DNA from: an uncultured Clostridia bacterium
Lineage (GTDB): Bacteria > Bacillota > Clostridia > Lachnospirales > Bianqueaceae
Reading direction: 5' to 3'
DNA: 38,530 nt
Assembly: GCA_947570515.1 (NCBI GenBank)
Contig: CANOUM010000001.1
Span: 1 to 38,530 of the forward strand
Below, one piece after another: positions 9,782-18,111 of the stretch. Below the pieces are notes generated by a model. The model saw only the letters and a list, made by a program, of their open reading frames with translations. It was not told the DNA's origin and ran no database searches. Position 1 is the stretch's first letter; every line of letters begins with the position of its first letter. The position numbers and the translations under genes were made by a program.

Positions 9782-11251
9782 TTAAAATGTTCCCTGCGCA
9801 ATGGCAGAGACTAGGCGCAGAAAAGGCTGCGGATGGATGCCCATCACCAGAACGAGCACGGCAAACAGACAAAGAGGCAGCAGCATGCGCCAGCCGGATT
9901 CTTTCGGAGAAGGCAGGCCGGGAAGCGTCTGCAGTGGTGAAAAGAAGGCGCGGACGCTGATTGAAAGCATGTAGAGCGCTGTCAGCAGTGCGGAAATCAG
10001 CAAAATACAGATGCCGATCAGCGCAGGTACGCCGCCTGTTTCAAGAGCGGCCTCTGCCAGCTGCCATTTGCTGATAAAACCGGCAAAAAGAGGAATACCC
10101 GTCAGACCAAGACCGGCTACGGTGAGACAGGCAAAGGTAACCGGCATTTTGCGTCCCAGGCCATCGAGCTGAAAGATATATTCGCGTCCGGATTTGTGGA
10201 TGGCTGAACCGGCGCTCAAAAAGCCAAGGATTTTCATCACGGAATGGAAAAGCAGATGAAGCAGACCGGCGGCCATGCCGATCGGGTTCATCATGGTGAT
10301 GCCAAAAAGAATATAGGAAAGGTTGCTCACGGTTGAATAGGCCAGGCGCCGTTTAAAATGCCGCTCTTTAAGCGCCATGGCAGAGCCGAAGAGAATGGTA
10401 AAAATAACGAGTCCCATCACGGTATATTGGGCCCAGGTACCGGCCAGCAGCTCTGTACCGTAGCAATAATACGTGAGCCGAGTGATGGCAAATACACCGG
10501 CCTTTACAACGGCTACTGCGTGGAGCAGAGCGGTGACCGGAGTAGGAGCCACACCGGCGGTTGGCAGCCAGCTGTGCAGGGGAAATACGGCTGCTTTTAC
10601 GCCAAAGCCCATAAAGGAGATCACATAGACGATCAGGAGGGTGCTGAGACGATTGGTACCCAGACTGGGATTCACATCACCGCCTAGGACAAAGGCGGTA
10701 GAGCCGCTGTATACAATGACAAATACCAATCCCAGAAAGGCGAGCGCAGAGCCGCCCAGCGAGAAATAAAGATACTTCCTTCCGGCATACATGGCGTCAT
10801 GTCCGAGCTCATGAATGACCAGCGGCAGTGTAACGAGCGTGAGCAGCTCATAAAAGAGGTACATCGTGAGCATGTTGGCGCTGAGCGCTACGCCGAGCGT
10901 AATGCCGTAGGTCATGGTGAAAAACATAAAAAAGGAATTTTGCCGGTGCTCATGCTCCATGTATTCAAAGGCATACAGCGTGACCAGAGGCCAGAGGCAG
11001 GAGATCATGCCGGCAAACAGACAGCCCAGACCGTCCAGTGAAAAGCTGATATTGAGGTTCTGAGTGAAGTGCAGCAGAATGAAGCTGCCAGAGGGCCGGT
11101 TTAAAATAAGAAGCCAGACAAGCAGCGTGGTGAGCAGTGTAATGGCCAGCGTGTAAACGCGGCGCAGACGAATATGATTTTGAATGAAATAGATGCCAAT
11201 GCCGCCTGCAAGCGGAAGCAAAATAGCAATGAATAAAATTGCAGCATGCAT
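9782..11251 (-). CDS. Mrp/Mnh antiporter subunit D-like (NuoM/N-type), paralog 3
   Basis: 489 aa and polytopic, with HSWLPTAGVAPTPVTALLHA typical of MrpD/NuoN family proteins. Confidence 0.85.
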   Translation of the reverse strand: MHAAILFIAILLPLAGGIGIYFIQNHIRLRRVYTLAITLLTTLLVWLLILNRPSGSFILLHFTQNLNISFSLDGLGCLFAGMISCLWPLVTLYAFEYMEHEHRQNSFFMFFTMTYGITLGVALSANMLTMYLFYELLTLVTLPLVIHELGHDAMYAGRKYLYFSLGGSALAFLGLVFVIVYSGSTAFVLGGDVNPSLGTNRLSTLLIVYVISFMGFGVKAAVFPLHSWLPTAGVAPTPVTALLHAVAVVKAGVFAITRLTYYCYGTELLAGTWAQYTVMGLVIFTILFGSAMALKERHFKRRLAYSTVSNLSYILFGITMMNPIGMAAGLLHLLFHSVMKILGFLSAGSAIHKSGREYIFQLDGLGRKMPVTFACLTVAGLGLTGIPLFAGFISKWQLAEAALETGGVPALIGICILLISALLTALYMLSISVRAFFSPLQTLPGLPSPKESGWRMLLPLCLFAVLVLVMGIHPQPFLRLVSAIAQGTF

Positions 11252-11263
11252 GAGAGAACCTCC

Positions 11264-12715
11264 TTACATAAGCACCGCAGCCAAAGCAGAGACCAGAGGC
11301 TCGGTGAAAATTCCCAGCAGCAGGCTGAGCAGGGTGACGATAAACAGGGGAAGCAGCATCTGCCAGGAGGCCTCCTGCCGCTGAGTCTGTATGCAGCCGG
11401 GGCCGGGCAAAAAGCCGCGCAGAGAAATGGGCAGCAGATAGCCTGCCGTCAAAAGGGCAGAAATCAGCAGAATCACGGGGGCGATGTAGGAAAATGCACC
11501 CAGATCCGCATTTAGCGCACCAATACAGAGAAACCACTTGCTGACAAAGCCGCCTGTAGGCGGAATGCCGACGAGGGCTAATGAAAGGATGGTGAAGCAG
11601 AGCATCGTCCAGGGCATTTTTTTGCCGATTCCCGCAAGTTCATCGACGGTGACAGCGCCTGTTTGAAAGATGATGGCACCGGCTGTCATGAAGAGACCGG
11701 ATTTGATAAGAGCATGAAAAATGCTGTGCAGGAGCGCGCCTGTTGCGCCGTCTGCCGTGAAGCAGCTAAGTCCCAGCAAAATATAGGATACCTGGCTGAC
11801 TGTAGAGTAGGCCAGCCGTTTTTTGAGGCGTTTTTCGCGAAAGGCCATCATAGAGCCTAAGAAAATGGTGAGCAGTGCCAGAATCATCCAGACAGTTTGT
11901 ACCCAGCTGCCGCGCAGAAAATCAGCGCCAAACAAGAAATAGCTGGTACGGATGCAGCAGAGCACGCCGGCCTTGACGATCAGGGCAGAGAGCAGTGCGC
12001 TGGCAGGCGCCGGTGCGACCGGATGGGCAGAGGGCAGCCAGCCATGCAGCGGATAGAGGCCGCATTTGGCACCGAAGCCAAGCAGCATACAAAAGGCGGC
12101 TGTCTGCAGGAGTGCACGGTGCTGCCCTGCAGTAAGCGCGTCCAGTACGCCGCCCAGAGTAAAACTGAGCGTATCTGCATAATGCGCAATCAGGAAAACG
12201 CCGAAGAGGGCCAGAAAAGCGCCGGCGATTGAATAAAATAGATATTTGAGGCTGGCACGGATCGATTCCGGTTTTTGATTATGCAGCACCAAAGGAAAGG
12301 TGGAGAGCGTCACCAGCTCAAAGGCCAGATACATGGTGAGGACGTTTTCTGCAAAATCAAGAGCAAGGGTAAAGGAAAGCGCCAGCAGATAAAAGCAGAA
12401 AAAGCGATCTTCACGCTGCTCGTGCTGCATATAGCGAAAAGAGTAAAGGCCAATGCAGAGCCAGAGAAACGCAGAAAATAAGGAGAAAATCGTACCGACT
12501 GCATCTAAATGGAAGCGGACGGAGAGAGTTTCACTAAAGGAGAAGAGCGTGATGGTCGTTTGATTCTGCTGCAGAGCTGCCGTCAGAACCAGACCGGCTG
12601 TGACCGCAAGGGTAAGGAAAATAAGACTCAGCTTATATGTCCGTTGTTTCAGCGGCAGAACCGGAAGAAGTACACCGACAATCAGCGGCAGAAAAATAGC
12701 AATAAGTAATAACAT
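11264..12715 (-). CDS. Mrp/Mnh antiporter subunit D-like (NuoM/N-type), paralog 2
   Basis: 483 aa with the HGWLPSAHPVAPAPASALLSA motif. Paralogous to its neighbours. Confidence 0.85.
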   Translation of the reverse strand: MLLLIAIFLPLIVGVLLPVLPLKQRTYKLSLIFLTLAVTAGLVLTAALQQNQTTITLFSFSETLSVRFHLDAVGTIFSLFSAFLWLCIGLYSFRYMQHEQREDRFFCFYLLALSFTLALDFAENVLTMYLAFELVTLSTFPLVLHNQKPESIRASLKYLFYSIAGAFLALFGVFLIAHYADTLSFTLGGVLDALTAGQHRALLQTAAFCMLLGFGAKCGLYPLHGWLPSAHPVAPAPASALLSALIVKAGVLCCIRTSYFLFGADFLRGSWVQTVWMILALLTIFLGSMMAFREKRLKKRLAYSTVSQVSYILLGLSCFTADGATGALLHSIFHALIKSGLFMTAGAIIFQTGAVTVDELAGIGKKMPWTMLCFTILSLALVGIPPTGGFVSKWFLCIGALNADLGAFSYIAPVILLISALLTAGYLLPISLRGFLPGPGCIQTQRQEASWQMLLPLFIVTLLSLLLGIFTEPLVSALAAVLM

Positions 12716-12734
12716 ATGACGGATCCTCCTTGAA

Positions 12735-14234
12735 TTAATGGAACAGATTCAGACCTCTTGTGAGGAGATCCACAACCGGCTGAGACTGTAAGCCACAGAA
12801 GAGGTTAATCAGAATAAACCCGGAAGCAGAGAGGGCAAACAGGCCCTGCTGTTTCAAATGTACTTTTTCGCCGGCATAAGGGGAATCCGGTGCGGGTGTA
12901 TAGATACGGATGATTGTCCGGAAGAAATAAAGCGTATTGAGTAAAGTACTGATTGCCAGAGCCGCCATGGTGAGTACAAGCTTGCTGGGTACGACCATGG
13001 ACGAGGTGGCAAACAGCAGCTTGGAGATGAAGCCCATGAGACCGGGAATACCAATCATGGACAGAGCCCCGACCGTAAAGGCAAATCCCGCGAGCCGGTT
13101 GCGGTGCCCTGCACCGGTTAGATCGGAGAATCTCTTGCTGTTTCCGGAGGCAGCTTCCAGGCGGGAGGCAGCCAGAAAAAGCAGAGGTTTGGTGAGTGCA
13201 TGCGTCAGAATGTGGAAGATAGCGGCAAGCGTACCGTCGACAGTGCCGAGGCCGATCCCCATGTAGATATAGCCGATCTGAGCAGCGGAGGAAAAGGCGA
13301 TCATGCGATTGATGTTGTTTTCCTTGATTGCACTCATAGAACCGAGGATCATGCCGAGAATACCGAAGAGGAATAAGATGTTATTGATGCCGGTGCTCAT
13401 AAAAATGTCAAGTCCAATGACACGGTAGATAAATTTGATCAGCACCAGTATGTATCCTTTAGAGATCAGACCGGACAGGATGGCGCTGGAGCTGGGCGTT
13501 GCATATCCATAGGTATCGGGCATCCAGAAATGAAAGGGGAAGCATCCGCTTTTGATGGCGAGGCCAAGGGTAATCAAAGCGATACATACCGTGAGCGGTA
13601 CGCGGTACTGTCCGTTGAAGGCAACCAGTGCCACAGTCTCCTTGATGTTGGGAATCAAAAGATGGCCGGTGATGTTGTAGAGCATGATGATGCCGATCAA
13701 AAACAGACCGGACCCCAACAGGCTAAAGATCATATAACGTGTAGCGGCGGCAGTGGTGCGGCCGATTTGGCGAATCATGAGCAGGCCGCAGGAGGCCAGC
13801 GTTGAGATCTCGATAAATACATATGCCGTGAATACGTCATTGGTATAGAGAAGTGCCAGCAGGGAAACCTGCACCAGATTGATCAGCACAAAGTACAGAT
13901 TGCGCTTGCTTTCGCGGATATCTTCTTTGAGCTTGTGATAGCCGCCAAATACGGATAAGTACAAGATAATACAGAAGATGACGGCAATAGCGGCTTCTAA
14001 GGGACCGATGGAGATTTCGTTGCCCCATGGCGCAGGGAAATGCCCCATTTGATAGACAAAAGGAGCATCCAGATACTGCGTATAAATGAATACGCAGGCT
14101 GTCATGACCGTCACAAGAAGCCCCATGACGGCATAAAGCCGTTTTGCCCATTTGGCGTTTATAATGGAGCTGATGACGGAGCAGAGCAGGGAGAGAACAA
14201 TGGTAAACAGAGGAAAGTTGCGTAGAAACTCCAT
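12735..14234 (-). CDS. Mrp/Mnh antiporter subunit D-like (NuoM/N-type), paralog 1
   Basis: 499 aa with the FHFWMPDTYGYATPSSSAILSG motif. Confidence 0.85.
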   Translation of the reverse strand: MEFLRNFPLFTIVLSLLCSVISSIINAKWAKRLYAVMGLLVTVMTACVFIYTQYLDAPFVYQMGHFPAPWGNEISIGPLEAAIAVIFCIILYLSVFGGYHKLKEDIRESKRNLYFVLINLVQVSLLALLYTNDVFTAYVFIEISTLASCGLLMIRQIGRTTAAATRYMIFSLLGSGLFLIGIIMLYNITGHLLIPNIKETVALVAFNGQYRVPLTVCIALITLGLAIKSGCFPFHFWMPDTYGYATPSSSAILSGLISKGYILVLIKFIYRVIGLDIFMSTGINNILFLFGILGMILGSMSAIKENNINRMIAFSSAAQIGYIYMGIGLGTVDGTLAAIFHILTHALTKPLLFLAASRLEAASGNSKRFSDLTGAGHRNRLAGFAFTVGALSMIGIPGLMGFISKLLFATSSMVVPSKLVLTMAALAISTLLNTLYFFRTIIRIYTPAPDSPYAGEKVHLKQQGLFALSASGFILINLFCGLQSQPVVDLLTRGLNLFH

Positions 14235-14627
14235 TTAATGATTCCCCCCTTCTTCAGAATGATCATTCTGTGCATACATGTAAATTTCATCCAGATTCAG
14301 CGTGTGATAGCGGCGGTACAGACGTACGGTGAGAGAAAGCATGATGGCCGTCACACTGACAGATACTACAATACCGGTGAGTACAAGGCCGGCCGGGATG
14401 GGATTTACATAGTTTTGTGCTGCTGTCAGGTTATCGGTCAGGATGGGAGCCAGGCGTCCCTGAATATAGCCCATGGAGGTTAAAAACAGATAGACACCGG
14501 TATCCATTAAGTTAAGTCCAATAATCTTTTTGAGCAGATTGCGGTTAAACAGCAAAGTAGTAAAGCCAATACCAAATAGGATCATGGCTGTAAGCTCTTC
14601 ATAGTTGATCATAAAATTGGCGCCCAT
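14235..14627 (-). CDS. Mrp/Mnh antiporter subunit C (NuoK-like)
   Basis: 3-TM small subunit. Start chosen at the TAATG stop/start overlap (14625-14629) with AAGGAA 7 nt upstream. The listed start at 14654 is possible. Confidence 0.75.
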   Translation of the reverse strand: MGANFMINYEELTAMILFGIGFTTLLFNRNLLKKIIGLNLMDTGVYLFLTSMGYIQGRLAPILTDNLTAAQNYVNPIPAGLVLTGIVVSVSVTAIMLSLTVRLYRRYHTLNLDEIYMYAQNDHSEEGGNH

Positions 14628-15571
14628 TAGAAGTTTCCTTTCTTGAACATACAATAGAATCCATACATTGTGCAGGCCACTACGAGTCCAACCGCAATGT
14701 TAAGAGGCAAGATGAGACCGCTGCTCAGGATATTGCCGGGAGTTCCTAACGGAATATGACTTTCCAGATGGTTGGCGCCGGTAAAGAAGGAGTAGCATTT
14801 AGCAATGCTGTAAAAGCCCAGAGCGCAGAGGGAAACGGTTTTAAACAGACGAGGCGTAAAGAATCGGCCCGCCGTTTCGGAGCCATAGGCCAGATTAAAC
14901 AGGATCAGGCCGGCGCCGATGATAGCGCCGCCGGAAAAGCCGCCGCCGGGAGAAAGATGGCCATTTAAAATGATATAAATGCCAAACAGAATGATCGCCG
15001 GCAGCAAAACAGCCGCCGTGTATTTTAAAATAGGGTCCTGCGGAAGGTCAAGCAGATGCTCTGTTTCCAGCTGGTGAGAAAGCTCATCATCCCAGGTTTC
15101 GTTGTCATCGATGCGCAGCATGATGAAAACACAGCAAATCGCGGTGAACAGTACATGGGATTCACCCAGCGTATCAAACGCACGGTAATCTAAGATCATA
15201 CCGGCTACATAGTTGATAGCACCGGTTTCCTGAATACCGCTGTTGATATAGCGCAGATAAACCTCGTTAGTATCGGGAGAATAGGGAGCGCCAAAGGCAG
15301 GCAGGTAAGAAACGGCCCAAAGCAGTACACCAATCAGAATGACACAGGTAGCGACAGCGAAGATCTGGTAGATGCGTTCAAAGGAACGAATTTCCAGAAG
15401 TGAAATACCCTTGGGAGCCTCTTTTAAATAGGAGTCATATTCGTGACCGGGCTTGGTATTTTTGATGGGAAGCTGCCGGCTCCCATCCTGCAGGTGCTCG
15501 GAAAGGTCCAGATCGCCATGCCACCAGAGCTTAAATTTTTCAATGATGTTGGGTTGATTCGGATGATTCAT
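14627..15571 (-). CDS. Mrp/Mnh antiporter subunit B-like (MnhB domain) with about 60-aa hydrophilic N-terminal extension
   Basis: MnhB signatures ILDYRAFDTLGE and GHLSPGGGFSGG. GGAGAGGAGG RBS before the ATG at 15571. Confidence 0.8.
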   Translation of the reverse strand: MNHPNQPNIIEKFKLWWHGDLDLSEHLQDGSRQLPIKNTKPGHEYDSYLKEAPKGISLLEIRSFERIYQIFAVATCVILIGVLLWAVSYLPAFGAPYSPDTNEVYLRYINSGIQETGAINYVAGMILDYRAFDTLGESHVLFTAICCVFIMLRIDDNETWDDELSHQLETEHLLDLPQDPILKYTAAVLLPAIILFGIYIILNGHLSPGGGFSGGAIIGAGLILFNLAYGSETAGRFFTPRLFKTVSLCALGFYSIAKCYSFFTGANHLESHIPLGTPGNILSSGLILPLNIAVGLVVACTMYGFYCMFKKGNF

Positions 15572-15824
15572 CGTTTGCTTCCTCCTCTCCTTTAATCAGA
15601 TGGATTTTTCTCAGTGTGATAAAGAAGAGCACGCTGGTGACGCCGGCACCCACGGCAGCCTCTGTGATGGCAAGATCCGGCGCCATGAGAAGCGCCCAGA
15701 TGATGGACATGATGAGGCTATATGACATCAGAATGATCACGGAGGTTAGCAAATTCTTCGTGAAACTGACAGAGATGGCACAGATAACGAGCAGTGCTAA
15801 TAGAATCATTTTAAAGAGTTCCAT
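15540..15824 (-). CDS. MbhD/DUF4040-like small membrane subunit (equivalent to part of MrpA C-terminal region)
   Basis: 94 aa, 3 TM, positioned between mrpG and mrpB as in Mbh-type operons. Assigned by position and hydrophobic pattern. Confidence 0.65.
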   Translation of the reverse strand: MELFKMILLALLVICAISVSFTKNLLTSVIILMSYSLIMSIIWALLMAPDLAITEAAVGAGVTSVLFFITLRKIHLIKGEEEANDESSESTQHH

Positions 15825-16182
15825 GATCGCTTGTTTCCTCCGTTTCTTTGGATGAGCCGGTCATATCGATGAAGCGGCATGTTTTGGACAGATGTTCATT
15901 GGTAATGTATTCCAGCTTAGTGATCAGATGGGAGGATACCGGGCTGGCAAGCCACATAAACAGGATAATGCACAGCAGCTTGAGGAGTGCCAGATTGAAG
16001 CCGTTGGCAATCATGAGCCCTAAGATAATAAATAAAATGCCCAGAGTATCACCCATGGCGGCGGAATGCATGCGGTTCAGCACAAAATGGAAGCGGTGCA
16101 CGCCAAGGCAGGCGAGCACGATGATGCAGAGACCGGCGATGATGAAAATGGCCGAGAGAATAAATAGAGTCCAATCTAGCAT
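15811..16182 (-). CDS. Mrp/Mnh antiporter subunit G
   Basis: 123 aa. MLDWTLFILSAIFIIAGLCII...RMHSAAMGDTLG is typical of MnhG. Confidence 0.8.
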   Translation of the reverse strand: MLDWTLFILSAIFIIAGLCIIVLACLGVHRFHFVLNRMHSAAMGDTLGILFIILGLMIANGFNLALLKLLCIILFMWLASPVSSHLITKLEYITNEHLSKTCRFIDMTGSSKETEETSDHGTL

Positions 16183-16535
16183 GTTGTTTCCTCCTTTTGC
16201 TCTGCATCCGCCGGCTGTTCACCGGCAGAAAGAGTGCGGGCTTCCTGTTTTTCTTTTTTATCAAGATAGACGGTGATATATATTTTACACAGTACGATAA
16301 CGGCCAGAAAGCTGATCATCACATAGATGAGGCAGACGTCCAGCAGATAGCTTTGATGCAGCGCCAGAGCTAAGATGGCGATGGAAAGCATGGTCATGGT
16401 ACCGATCATATTGATGGCGACTACGCGGTCTGCCACGCGCGGCCCTTTGATAGCGCGGATCATAGCCAGAAAAATGCCGATTCCCAATATGATCAAAGAA
16501 ACTTCATATAAAATCTGATACGCTGTCTCAATCAT
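16176..16535 (-). CDS. Mrp/Mnh antiporter subunit F
   Basis: IRAIKGPRVADRVVAINMIGT is typical of MnhF. A charged C-terminal tail is present. Confidence 0.8.
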   Translation of the reverse strand: MIETAYQILYEVSLIILGIGIFLAMIRAIKGPRVADRVVAINMIGTMTMLSIAILALALHQSYLLDVCLIYVMISFLAVIVLCKIYITVYLDKKEKQEARTLSAGEQPADAEQKEETTC

Positions 16536-16996
16536 GATAGCTCCTCCATTTTATGTAGCAGTTTTACGAAAGTGCTGTTCTCGATCCCCTCAGCCAGACT
16601 GGGACGAAGCGCATGAATGGTATACAGGTCGTCATCCAGCGAGATAGTGATCGTACCGGGGGTGAGCGTGATAGAATTGGCCAGAATAGTGCGAGCCAGC
16701 TGCGTTTTGAGAGGAATACGCACCGAGATAATGGAGCTGTCAGTATGGCGCTCGCCGGCAATAATCAGCAGAATGACATTCCAGTTGGCCTTTAAGATTT
16801 CCCAGAGCAGTACGGCGACATAGAGTAAAAACAGCCCCAGCCGCTTAAACAGCTGCCATTCTTTTTTTAAGGTATAGTGAAGATAAGTACGGGCAAACCA
16901 ATATACCAAAGCGCTGAGAAGCAGGCCAAATAGGGTGATTTCCAGCGTAATGCGCCCGTTTAGCATAAACCAGATAAATAGTAAAAATAAATACAT
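16532..16996 (-). CDS. Mrp/Mnh antiporter subunit E
   Basis: 154 aa with the MnhE-like pattern (WFMLNG..., TLTPGTITI). First gene of the operon, with a 4-nt overlap onto mrpF. Confidence 0.8.
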   Translation of the reverse strand: MYLFLLFIWFMLNGRITLEITLFGLLLSALVYWFARTYLHYTLKKEWQLFKRLGLFLLYVAVLLWEILKANWNVILLIIAGERHTDSSIISVRIPLKTQLARTILANSITLTPGTITISLDDDLYTIHALRPSLAEGIENSTFVKLLHKMEELS

Positions 16997-17019
16997 GAGA
17001 GATTTTCACTTCGCTTTCT

Positions 17020-17071
17020 AAAAAAAATGCCTGTTCGTTTCAGGAGGCTCAGGCCCCTTAAAACGAACAGA
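17020..17071 (-). terminator. Rho-independent terminator after the dehydrogenase gene (minus strand)
   Basis: CTGTTCGTTT (17031-17040) pairs with AAACGAACAG (17061-17070). On the minus strand the hairpin is followed by eight U (17020-17027). Confidence 0.75.
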
Positions 17072-17074
17072 CTT

Positions 17075-17103
17075 AATTGTAATAGGTTTGATTTAAAAGT
17101 CAA
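17075..17103 (-). promoter_or_regulatory. Candidate sigma-A promoter for the mrp operon (minus strand)
   Basis: Read on the minus strand: TTGACT (17103-17098), 17-nt spacer, TACAAT (17080-17075). Confidence 0.45.
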
Positions 17104-17131
17104 TAGGTTTTTCGGATTTCTTCCTATTTAT

Positions 17132-18106
17132 TTAGTAGCCGACAGAACGATCCACCAGATGATGCAGCGGCTCCCCCGTAAAATACCGCTTCAGATTGCG
17201 GCAAAACATATCCACGTTCAAATCACAGGTATGCCCCAGAGACATGTTGCCGGAGATATGTGGCGTCAAAATTACATTGGCAGCATCATATAAGGGATCT
17301 TCAATCGGCAGAGGCTCCGGCGTCATCACATCCAGCGCCGCCCCGGCGATACGCCCCTCGTTGAGAGCCGCGATAAGAGCCGGCTGGTCGATTGCAGAGC
17401 CGCGCCCCACATTCACGACAAAAGTTTTTGGGCTAAGCCCGTCAATGATTTCTTTAGAGAAAATGCCATTTGTCTCCTTGGTAGCCGGAAGACACAGCGC
17501 CACAATATCCGCATCCTTGACCGCCTCCGGCAGCTCCGCCAGCGTCAGCACCTGATCATAGGCCGGATCCGAAGGCTTCTTAGTGCGGCGCACGCCGCAA
17601 ACATGAGCGGCGCCGAGCGCCTTGACGCGCCGGGCCAGATTCGTACCGATATCTCCCATGCCGATAATGGTGATGCGGCTGCCCCAAATGGAGCGTACGG
17701 CTCCAATGTTACGCCATTCACGGTTTTGTGTGAGAGCCGTGTATTCCGGCATGCGGCGCAGCAGCATGAGCATGACCATGAGCATATGTTCTGAAATCGT
17801 GGTTCCGTAAGAACCGGCAGAGTTGGTCAAAAGCACCTGATCCGGATGAGCATATACGGCATCCTCCAGAAACGGATCCACACCGGCTGAGGCAGTGGCA
17901 AACCAGCGCAGGCACTCGGCTCGCTTCAGCACAGCGGCAGGATAATAACCATACAGAATCTCACAGTCAGAGATGCCGTTTTCCATCTCCTGTGCAGTAG
18001 AAAAATAGCGGATTTGATATTCGTTTGTATGAGCTCTCACCGTCGATTCGATCTGAGCCCGATGAGCCGGCAAAAGATAGTCGGCATAAATTCCAATGAT
18101 GGGCAT
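17132..18106 (-). CDS. D-isomer-specific 2-hydroxyacid dehydrogenase family protein (NAD-binding)
   Basis: Rossmann motif IIGMGDIGTNLARR and a C-terminal catalytic region with LTPHISG. 324 aa. Confidence 0.85.
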   Translation of the reverse strand: MPIIGIYADYLLPAHRAQIESTVRAHTNEYQIRYFSTAQEMENGISDCEILYGYYPAAVLKRAECLRWFATASAGVDPFLEDAVYAHPDQVLLTNSAGSYGTTISEHMLMVMLMLLRRMPEYTALTQNREWRNIGAVRSIWGSRITIIGMGDIGTNLARRVKALGAAHVCGVRRTKKPSDPAYDQVLTLAELPEAVKDADIVALCLPATKETNGIFSKEIIDGLSPKTFVVNVGRGSAIDQPALIAALNEGRIAGAALDVMTPEPLPIEDPLYDAANVILTPHISGNMSLGHTCDLNVDMFCRNLKRYFTGEPLHHLVDRSVGY

Positions 18107-18111
18107 AGCAA

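Noticed and set aside
10965-11537. 190-aa ORF on the same strand as the mrp genes, spanning the junction of two MrpD paralogs
   Set aside because: It is out of frame with two long, motif-bearing membrane protein genes that fully account for the DNA. The sequence is Ala/Arg/His-rich and unlike any real protein.
7863-16996. Membrane-bound hydrogenase (Mbh/Mbx) or complex-I-like respiratory complex
   Set aside because: Only the membrane-arm (Mrp-type) subunits are present. There are no NiFe large or small subunit genes, no NuoB/C/D/I-like genes and no ferredoxin-like genes inside or next to the operon, and terminators bound it on both sides.
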